Positions 53,621 through 64,000 of a stretch of 64,000 nt of DNA are shown here, one piece after another (positions within the stretch are counted from its first letter, which is position 1; the number at the start of each line of letters is the position of its first letter). Position numbers and translations under genes: made by a program. Below the pieces are notes generated by a model. That model was not told where the DNA came from and did not search any database. It saw nothing but the letters and a program-made list of their open reading frames with translations. Source of the stretch: Eledone cirrhosa (taxonomy: Eukaryota); the NCBI GenBank assembly GCA_964016885.1, contig OZ024753.1, positions 3,906,001 to 3,970,000 of the forward strand, in the 5' to 3' direction.

Positions 53621-56332
53621 AAATTAGCTAAAACCCGCGTGTGGTGAAAACCAAAATGGGGACATACATATATGGGTGCCACATCTAACTTTAAAAAAAA
53701 AGACATATAGTATGTGCACACCCATTCATTCAAGGATCCCAGGCTACTTAAATCTACGGTGTGTGTGTGTGTGTGTGTGTCGACGTATAATTTTACTTTT
53801 ACAATTGGCTCTAACAAGCCTGATGTTTATTCAGTGCTATAAAGAGTAGGATTTTACTGAATGGATCCAGGCTGCTTTAACAGTATTTTGATTTCCTTGC
53901 TCTTTCGTTTAATCATATATAATACTGAACTCAATAATTTTTTGCTTGAAATACTTGACCGACATACTGAATTATCCAAACAAACGTAAAATAAAAATAA
54001 TCGATAAGTCTGCTTCTATGTATTAAAGGACGAAAACGCTGATCAAGGACCTTTTCATCATTACTTGGCTTTGATATATTGCCTAAATATTAATTGCAAC
54101 CATATTATTCAAAGAGAAACGCTCCTTTCCCCTTCAATCGCTTATTTTCTTTCTATTTATTCAATGGTTAAATTAATAAATACATAAATAAAATGAAAAG
54201 ATAGATAAACTTATATATAAACGTTAAAACAGAACAAAAAAACAAAACACAATATGTATCTCAAAGAAGCATTTTTCAATCTGGCACAACAGTTTAATCA
54301 ACTCTGGTCTACAGGATATCTGAATTAATCTAAAAACGGATTAAATTATGTTTCATATATTTTACCAGATGAAAGATTTTCGTTGTTTGGGTTTTTGATT
54401 TTACCCTGATGTTTATTTTTTCAAGTGTTTTGATATGGTAATGGAAGGTTACAAGTCGCTGAATCAATAAGGATATGTACTTCTGAACAAAAAGGTGTTG
54501 GTTCGTATCGGATAACTTATAAAATGCAGTGTCTTTTCAAAATGATAAAGCAGTTCAACTAGGCGCAGCAAAATAATTACTGAATCATTGGTGGCGTTAG
54601 CAGGCGACATTGTGTAATTCTTATTTCGGGGACGATGCGAATAACGGTTGTGTGGAAACATAGAGCGAGTGCTTATGCTCACACACGCATATCCATGCAA
54701 TCTCACACACACGTGTGTGTGTGTGCGTGTTCAAAGGCAGTGCAATGTATTGTTCCACGTTGCTATAAAGAAAGCATGGACAAGCAAGTATTACTATCTA
54801 TGAATGGAGCGTCTAATAGCTAAAAATAACAGCCCGAATTACTTAACCCCATCTTAGTAGCTTAATTTAGGGAAACCCATTGTTCAATGCAGTCCCACAA
54901 ATTTTAAAAATACTTAATCACGATTACGACACCAACAATTTTGGATGTGTTTAACACTGTCAGGTGATATTTGGGTCCCTTTAGGCGTGATCACTCCGTT
55001 ACATTATGTGGACTGGTTCGCTGGTTTATTATGTATATCTTTCCCATGACATGACCAAAGAACGGAGGTTCACAAGAATGACTGGATCACAAACGCTACC
55101 TTTCGTTCCAGCATCGATAGGCAGCATCATCATCAACTACGATAATATTAACAACAGCAACAGTAACAACGGCAACAAACAATTATCGTTAGAGTGCTTC
55201 AAACTGCCGTCTAATGACAGTATTTGTATTGCGTGAATATGTTAGCAAACATTGTACTGAAACATTGTAGTAAACGAACAACATAGAATGGCAAGCGTGT
55301 CAGAAATTTCGAAAACAAAAATAACTCTCATGAATTATGACTCTTTGACGCAATAGCCATTTAATTTACAGATGAAATTCGTATTAAATTGTAAAAGAAA
55401 ACAAATGAAATTTTGTATAAGGCGTCATTTGTTTATTTTCATTCGGCGTTTCAACAGTGTTTTATGAGAGTAGTTATGACATTGTAGCAGCAATAATCTC
55501 TTTTTTTCAATCTACTAATTATTTTCCTCTACACTCACCATCTCTATGCGTTTGCCTTTTTCCACAAAGTCATTCGTAGACACACACACTCTTACTGATC
55601 CCATAGGGAGAGACAAAATAATTTCTAACGCACTCCGTTGACAAACGATAATGCAAATTTCAATGAGGACATTGAACGTCAGACTAATATTTGATGCTGT
55701 CTGTAAGTGTGGCCTTGTGGCTGTTTGAAAAATCAATTATATTTTTAATCGAAATGCCTATACGCTAAAAATAAATCAGAATAATTGAGTTGTTGATTGT
55801 GTACCGCATCAGCTTTCCTTTAATGATCCCTTATGTAAAATGTAATCTATGAAGTATTCAACCGAGCCTCGTATGCATACATCCATATAAGTATGTATAT
55901 GTATGTTTGTCTGCATGGGGACATGGAACTATTCAGTTTGGTGTGTTTAGCTCAACGGGTGTGATATACCCCGAGTTATTATTAAAAAATAATTCTAACA
56001 GAAGGAAATCTGATGTAAAACTGCGACTCGGTGGCAGCAAGTGATGATGTCCTCTTTTCAGATTTGTCATCGTTGTTCAGAGAGGGTGCAAGGCATTTCT
56101 TGACTTAAACAGTATTAAGCAAATGTATCACCTGATTTAAATTCCCCTTGAGTGAGCATGGCCTGTTCGCTGCAGCATATGCAGAAATGAAACTAAGACC
56201 TTGGGAGGGACAAAAGGGCATGTTCATGGCAACATTGTAAAAGAAAAAATTCAAGGAATGGTAATGAGGGAAAGAGAGAGAGAGAAAGAGAAAGAGAGAG
56301 GTAGTTTTTTTCTTGTTTCATTATTTTGTATA

Positions 56333-56518
56333 GATTGGCAGTATCGGTGGAGGATCGAACGCCATGCTTTTCAGCATAGAGTTACGTCCTTTTACGACCG
56401 GAGTTCAAATCGCACCGAGGTTAACTTTGCCTTTCATCCTTACGGGGTCGACAAAATAAATTACCAGTAATGTACTGGGATATTTGTTGGCCTTGTGCCA
56501 AAAATAGAAACAATTATT
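56333..56518 (+). mobile_element. SINE, near full length
   Basis: GATTGGCAGTATCGG...GAGTTCAAATCGC...GCCTTTCATCCTTACGGGGTCGACAAAATAA...GGCCTTGTGCCAAAAATAGAAAC. Confidence 0.92.
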
Positions 56519-56599
56519 ATGTAATGTGTTACCAATAGAGAGAGAGCCGGTTTCTAACATAAACAAGACACTTTCATCGGAATTTAGACATCAACAAGT

Positions 56600-56707
56600 T
56601 AAAGTAAAGTAAAGTAAAGTAAAGTAAAGTAAAGTAAAGTAAAGTAAAGTAAAGTAAAGTAAAGTAAAGTAAAGTAAAGTAAAGTAAAGTAAAGTAAAGT
56701 AAAGTAA
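56600..56707. repeat. (TAAAG)n pentanucleotide microsatellite
   Basis: Directly visible, perfect. Confidence 0.97.
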
Positions 56708-57909
56708 GTGTGTGTGTGTGTATGTATGTGTGGTTCTGTATGTTTTAAGTCATATGTGTACACATACATATGTTTTCAAACTCTCAACGTCTATATGCAG
56801 TTAATACAAGTAGAATATAAACAACTATCCTGGCCAAACTATTACTATATCCTTTGAGAGCGTCGTACCCATGTCAAAGTTTGTCATCATCCCATAGAGT
56901 TTCAGGTGATCCACAAATTGATTATGGGTTAGGTCTGTATTCCTGTCTTTCTGTGAGCCAATTTTGAATACTTCACATTTCCTGAGCAGAAAGGACAAGG
57001 GATTTAATGACAGAATAATTAGTAAGAGAAAGAGAGAGACTGTCTACTTGAAATATACCCCTGCGATATTCTATGTTAGCAGTGGAAATAGAATCCTCCT
57101 TCTCTTGTTTTAAATTTAGAAAATTAGCCGAAGAGGACGATAGGTTCTCTATGGCCATGATAATATATCCTCAAAAGGTGAGTCTTCTCTTTCGTAATTT
57201 TGCTCTCGATAAAAAGTAGCAATACATGTTTCTGTCAAACATGTTTATATTCAGAAGACCCTTGCCAAAACCTCTAATCAATAGCTTTGAGAAGGGCGTA
57301 GTGTCGGTGTGGTGGAAATCTAATAGTCATATAGTGGTGATTGGTAAAGCATCAGCTATTTTGGATCATATTGACAAAGTAGATTAGATGGGACGTTTAT
57401 GATTAAATTTCATATATATTAATCCCCTCTCCAACTACAAAATAAAGAATAAATATTCCTGTATACATCTGCGTTTTATTAGAATATATAAACGAAATAA
57501 TGCTACTGCAATAACACCAATGTATGATTCTAGTGAGAACTATGTATTCCATGAAAATCCTTTCAGTTCGTGTACTATAAAGCTATTGAACGTATAGCTC
57601 AAAAGAGAAAAATAGATCTCAAAAGATGCAACAGGTCGACTTTCAATTGAATACGATACAATTTTTCTATTCACTGAATCATTAGGAAGGCTAGAGTAAG
57701 AAATACTCTTAGGATGAGCACGCTTCTCATTAATTTCACTTGATACAGTATATTCCCTACGTTATATTGCAGGTCGCATACATGCATGCTACTATCATCC
57801 GGGGGGGGGGGGTACGTGTGCGAATACACATATATATAAATACACACACACATATATATAAATAGACACACACACGCACATATATATAAATACACACACA
57901 CACACACAC

Positions 57910-57938
57910 ATACAAATTTATATATATATATATACAAA

Positions 57939-57976
<38 letters not shown>

Positions 57977-58317
57977 AATTCATATATATATATACAAATT
58001 CACATACATATATATATATATACATACATACAAATTCACATACATATATATATATACATACATACAAATTCACATACATATATATATATATACATACATA
58101 CAAATTCACATACATATATATATATATACATACATACAAATTCACATACATATATATATATATACATACATACAAATTCACATACATATATATATATATA
58201 CATACATACAAATTCACATACATATATATATATATATACATACATACAAATTCACATACATATATATATATATACATACATACAAATTCACATACATATA
58301 TATATACATACAAATTC

Positions 58318-58354
<37 letters not shown>

Positions 58355-58358
58355 AATT

Positions 58359-58389
<31 letters not shown>

Positions 58390-58394
58390 AAATT

Positions 58395-58425
<31 letters not shown>

Positions 58426-58639
58426 AAATTCACATACATATATATATATATATATACAAATTCACATACATATATATACACAAATTCACATACATATATA
58501 TACACAAATTCACATACATATATATATATATATACACAAATTCACATACATATATATATATACACAAATTCACATACATATATATATATATATACACAAA
58601 TTCACAAACATATATATATATATATATATATACAAATTC

Positions 58640-58672
<33 letters not shown>

Positions 58673-60170
58673 CAAATTCACATACATATATATATATACA
58701 AATTCACATACATATATATATATACAAATTCACATACATATATATATATACAAATTCACATACATATATATATATATACAAATTCACATACATATATATA
58801 TATATACAAATTCACATACATATATATATATATACAAATTCACATACATATATATATATATATACAAATTCACATACATATATATATATATATACAAATT
58901 CACATACATATATATATATATATACAAATTCACATATATATATATATATATACAAATTCACATATATATATATATATATACAAATTCACATATATATATA
59001 TATATATACAAATTCACATATATATATATACAAATTCACATACATATATATATATATACAAATTCACATACATATATATATATATACAAATTCACATACA
59101 TATATATATATATATACAAATTCACATACATATATATACAAATTCACATACATATATATATACAAATTCACATACATATATATATACAAATTCACATACA
59201 TATATATATAAATTCACATACATATATATATAAATTCACATACATATATATATAAATTCACATACATATATATATAAATTCACATACATATATATATAAA
59301 TTCACATACATATATATATAAATTCACATACATATACAAATTCACATACATATACAAATTCACATACATATATATATACAAATTCACATACATATATATA
59401 TATATATACAAATTCACATACATATATATATATACAAATTCACATACATATATATATATAAATTCACATACATATATATATATAAATTCACATATATATA
59501 TATATATAAATTCACATATATATATATATATAAATTCACATATATATATATATATATAAATTCACATATATATATATATATATAAATTCACATATATATA
59601 TATATATAAATTCACATATATATATATATATAAATTCACATATATATATATATATAAATTCACATATATATATATATATAAATTCACATATATATATATA
59701 TATAAATTCACATATATATATATATAAATTCACATATATATATATATATATAAATTCACATATATATATATATATATAAATTCACATATATATATATATA
59801 TATAAATTCACATATATATATATATATATAAATTCACATATATATATATATATATATAAATTCACATATATATATATATATATAAATTCACATATATATA
59901 TATATATAAATTCACATATATATATATATAAATTCACATATATATATATATACAAATTCACATATATATATATATACAAATTCACATATATATATATATA
60001 CAAATTCACATACATATATATATATAAATTCACATATATATATATATATATACAAATTCACATACATATATATATATTCACATATATATATATATATATA
60101 TTCACATATATATATATATATATATATAAATCCACATACATATATATAAATCCACATACATATATATATA
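57910..60170. repeat. Minisatellite AAATTCACAT(AC)(AT)n, ~2.3 kb
   Basis: Fixed AAATTCACA core with a variable (AT)n spacer; explains the YVCEF/MYVNL ORFs. Confidence 0.97.
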
Positions 60171-60628
60171 AAGAAAGATGGAGATGTTACACAAATAGTT
60201 TATTCATTATAGTTTTTTCAACGGTTCTCTCTTGCATACATATATATATATATACACACATGCGTATATATATATATATATATATATATACGCACACGCA
60301 TATATATATATATGTGTGTGTGTATATAGGCATGTATATATGTATGCATGCGCGTATGCTTGGTGGATGGATAGATGTATTGCACTGTCAGCATGTCTAA
60401 AGAACCAAACACGATTATTGCTAATACAAAATGCAAGGACTTTCACAATTTAGAACGTATTGTAAGCTAGCAAAATATAGTTGTGAAGTCCGTAACTATA
60501 ACATTTGATGTGTACAGAAAAATAATTGCTGGACCGGCAATCCCTCTGTATAATCAGCTCCTGATTATTATTGGAATTTTATAAGAATCCAGCTACTATA
60601 ATTTTCGGCGGAAGCAGGAGTGTGCACT

Positions 60629-60668
60629 GTTCTGATGAACGTCAACCAGCGTGAAACAGACTATAAAC
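60629..60668 (+). ncRNA. Minimal type I hammerhead ribozyme motif, weakened stems I/III
   Basis: GTT-CTGATGA-ACGT CAACCA GCGT-GAAA-CAGACTA-TA-AAC; intact core; stem III probably derived from CAGACTG. Confidence 0.55.
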
Positions 60669-60870
60669 CATTCTCCCTTCTTTCGCCAAAATAAGTGACA
60701 GTCATTACTTTAAAACCGATAGCGTATGGTCTTCTAAATGTTTTCAATTAAACATACGGTATATTGCTGAATATATTATACATGCATCGCTATTTCAGAG
60801 CACCAATCCTAATTCCATATATATATACATACATATATATATATATATATATAATTATTTAATATAGAAA

Positions 60871-61050
60871 GGGACTGTGGATTGGCAGTATCGGCGGAGC
60901 GTCTAACAACATGCTCCGTGGCATAGAGTTACGGCCATTCACGCTCTGATATTAAATTTTCCTTGCTTAACTTACAGGGTCGATAAAATAAAGTGCCCGT
61001 AACACACTGGCGTCGATTTAATCGACTTTCCACTTTCCCTTCAAAACGTT
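60871..61050 (+). mobile_element. SINE, diverged with internal deletion
   Basis: GTGGATTGGCAGTATCGG head; GGGTCGATAAAATAAAGT central domain. Confidence 0.75.
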
Positions 61051-61302
61051 TCAGATTGGGATCTACACGTATATATATATATGTGTGTGTGCGCGCGTAC
61101 GTGCGTGCGTGCACTTTTGGTTTTATAATTTCACAAAGTTTTACCAATAGCGAGAGAGTTGGTTTCTAACAGACACAAGACTCTCATTAGAATTTACACA
61201 ACATCAACTAGGTAGATATGCATGCATTCTATGTGTGGATGGTTTGAGTTGTATGTGTGCATGTGTATATGCTTTGTATGTGTACATGTGTATATGCAGT
61301 TA

Positions 61303-61722
61303 TTAAATGCAACATTTTTGGAATGTTTTACATATTTTTACACTTCCATTAATGGATTGTACTTGTAATTTCCTAACTAGTTGTGTTCGTTCTGTTCTTG
61401 TGAAGCCTAGCTTCTCAAGATTTGTATTGAGGCAGCTACTAACATATCCCAGTGCCCCAATAATCACAGGCATAAATCTGAAGGTGTAATCAGGGTGGAG
61501 TATCTGCAGATTTCTCATCAGTTCTGCATACATATTCTCCTTTTCAGTAATCTTTGATATTATATTGGCATTTGTTAGGCAGCTAATTTCCACTACTGTG
61601 CATGCTTTCTTCTCCCTGTCCCATATCATAATATCTGGTCTGTTATGCCTGCATTTTATTGGGTTTTTTACTGGAACATTCCACCAGTACTCTTTCATAT
61701 TATGTACATGGATGTCTTCCAC
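61303..61722 (-). mobile_element. 5'-truncated RLE-type non-LTR retrotransposon (restriction-like endonuclease domain, open frame)
   Basis: YWWNVP...HNRPDIMIWD...VVEISC...EKENMY...PVIIGALG matches the RPD..E..K..Y RLE signature of R4/Dong/NeSL-type LINEs; flanked by (TATG)-like repeats. Confidence 0.88.
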
Positions 61723-61822
61723 ATTGTTGTAGCTTTGTATGTATGTATGTGTGTTGGGTAATTCCGAAGAAAAAGCAAAGGAAAAAAAAAGTACTCTTTG
61801 TATAGAACAGAGCTATTAGAAA

Positions 61823-61907
61823 GTGAATAACACAATATATAACTGCTCTATTACCAAAAGCTTCTGGAGCCTTTGGTAATGGAGTAGTTATATATTGTAT
61901 TGTTCAC
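61823..61907. repeat. 85-bp foldback (42-bp arms, 1-nt spacer)
   Basis: GTGAATAACACAATATATAACTGCTCTATTACCAAAAGCTTC-T-GGAGCCTTTGGTAATGGAGTAGTTATATATTGTATTGTTCAC; 6 transition differences between arms. Confidence 0.92.
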
Positions 61908-63019
61908 ATAAATAAATAAATGAATATATATATATATATATTCTTGTGTTGTCTAATGGAATTCAAGTTAAATTTACATTATTTGATCAATGCTCATAAA
62001 TAAAATGGATCTCCTCCTGCCAGATGGTGTACTTCAAAAGTTTATAAAACATGGGCGACATTTTTTCTTTAGTCAAATTCCAACAAATCGAGCAATATAT
62101 TTTTTATATGAGTCAGGTAATAATAAATCTCTGAAAATGGAAAGATATGCAATTTCATCACCAACATCTCTAGTTTTTATTTATACCTGCAATATTAGTT
62201 CGGCAAGTGCAAAACTTTAGACAGAATTCCTACTATAGCATCTTAAATAAGCTACAAATCTGACATTAACGCATTCCAACACCCATCTGTTATATCTTAG
62301 CTATTAGCATTATTTCTTTTGTTGACAGGTTTCTTCGGCTTTGCTCGCCAGTGACTTCAGCTTGTCAGCAATAACGATGTTTATCCTGATGTCATAGGAA
62401 TAAAGAGTAACTTTTAAACATCATTTCTTGTATTTACCTCAATATTTGTCAGCTACAAAGCATTACTTGGCACTTTGTTCATCTATTGATATATAAGTGC
62501 CATCTCTTCTGGTTAAGTATTTTAGACTTATGTTAATGCCAAATACAAGAACATGAAATAGTAAAAGACTGGGATATATATATATATATAAATGAGAGAG
62601 AGAGAGAGAGAGCGAGAGAGCGAGCGAGAGAGAGCGAGAGAGAGCGAGAGAGAGAGCGAGAGCGAAAATAGGGGTGAGAGAGCGCGCCGAGTAAATTCAA
62701 ACAAAATATTACTTATTTAATATATGCCCACTGAGGTGAGCTGAGATTAGATCGTATTTGTACATTGTGTAATGTTTTATTCTAAATTATACACTCGAAA
62801 TATGGTATAGACGATTCACTTATCACCCAGTTATCGGCGTTGCTGTTAAACACTGTGTGCGCATGCGTGCGTGCGAGAAGTCTGAGGTCAACACTTAGTA
62901 ACCAAAAATGCATTGGATGTTCACATAATGGCTTTCATTAAAATGCATCACTTAATTACTAAAAGTGGCAGGCATGTGATAGTAAGAATAAGGATAGGAT
63001 AGGAATATGAGTTCGAATG

Positions 63020-63845
63020 TGGGAGGAGAGAGTGGCAGGGAGAGGGAGGGAGAGAGTGACAGGGAGAGGGAGGGAGAGAGTGGCAGGGAGAGGGAGGAGA
63101 GAGTGGCAGGGAGAGAGAGGGAGAGAGTGGCAGGGAGAGAGAGGAGAGAGTGGCAGGGAGAGAGAGGGAGAGTGGCAGGGAGAGAGAGGGAGAGTGGCAG
63201 GGAGAGTGAGGGAGTGAGAGAGGGAGAGAGAAACAGAGGAACGGAGAGAGGCAGAGGAACAGAAAGAAACAGAAAGAGAGACAGAAAGAGAGACAGGAAG
63301 AGAGACAGGAAGAGAGACAGGAAGAGAGACAGGAAGAGAGACAGGAAGAGAGACAGGAAGAGAGACAGGAAGAGAGACAGGAAGAGAGACAGGAAGAGAG
63401 ACAGGAAGAGAGACAGGAAGAGAAACTAGCAGGAGAGAGACAGAAAGAGAGACAGAAAGAGAGACAGAAAGAGAGACAGAAAGAGAGACAGGAAGAGAGA
63501 CAGAAAGAGAGACAGGAAGAGAGACAGAAAGAGAGACAGGAAGAGAGACAGGAAGAGAGACAGAAAGAGAGACAGGAAGAGAGACAGGAAGAGAGACAGG
63601 AAGAGAGACAGGAAGAGAGACAGAAAGAGAGACAGGAAGAGAGACAGGAAGAGAAACCGGCAGGGGAGAGACAGGAAGAGAAACTGGCAGGAGAGAGACA
63701 GGAAGAGAAACTGGCAGGGGAGAGACAGGAAGAGAAACTGGCAGGGGAGAGACAGGAAGAGAAACTGGCAGGAGAGAGACAGGAAGAGAAACCGGCAGGA
63801 GAGAGACAGGAAGAGAAACTGGCAGGAGAGAGAGGTAGGAGAGGA
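63020..63845. repeat. Purine-rich minisatellites (GAGAGTGGCAGG-type, GAGAGACAGGAA 12-mer, ~27-mer composite)
   Basis: Directly visible; explains the SLPV and RKRD ORFs. Confidence 0.95.
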
Positions 63846-64000
63846 TCACGGAGGCCAGTGAGACAGAAGGACGGGCAGGAGAGAGAGGCCTATGCAGGAG
63901 GCAAAGGAAGACAATTAAATACCGTTATTGAAATACATAAGCCGAAGTAAATTCAATCATATCTTGTTTCTTTGACTAACACAACAAATACTGTTACAGT

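Noticed and set aside
57910-60170. Regularly spaced AAATTCACA repeats as a CRISPR-like array
   Set aside because: The spacers are only (AT)n length variants, there are no cas genes, and the context is eukaryotic.
62959-63849. 296-aa SLPV-repeat ORF
   Set aside because: Translation of a purine minisatellite.

Overview
AT-rich, microsatellite-dense eukaryotic non-coding DNA. The repeat landscape suggests an octopus/coleoid cephalopod genome (inference, not verified). No host protein-coding gene can be supported: the long ORFs are read-through of simple repeats or decayed retroelement fragments. The window holds about 12 copies of a tRNA-derived SINE (two with perfect 16-17 bp TSDs), two RLE-type (R4/Dong-like) LINE 3' fragments, several RTE-like 3' fragments, a Tc1/mariner-like MITE, a probable non-autonomous Helitron, and large mini/microsatellites. 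The main hidden signal is a dense set of 11 sequence-diverse type I hammerhead ribozyme (HHR) motifs, plus one strongly decayed copy and several half-motifs. Most have a short palindromic stem III and lie beside (TA)n tracts, and several have an AATAAA-like signal and inverted end duplications, the architecture known from Penelope-like element (PLE) termini. The motifs fall into two classes: a paired first stem II base pair with an NUA/NUC cleavage triplet (6 motifs), or a mismatched first pair with an NUU triplet (5 motifs). All folds were derived by eye and ribozyme activity is untested.
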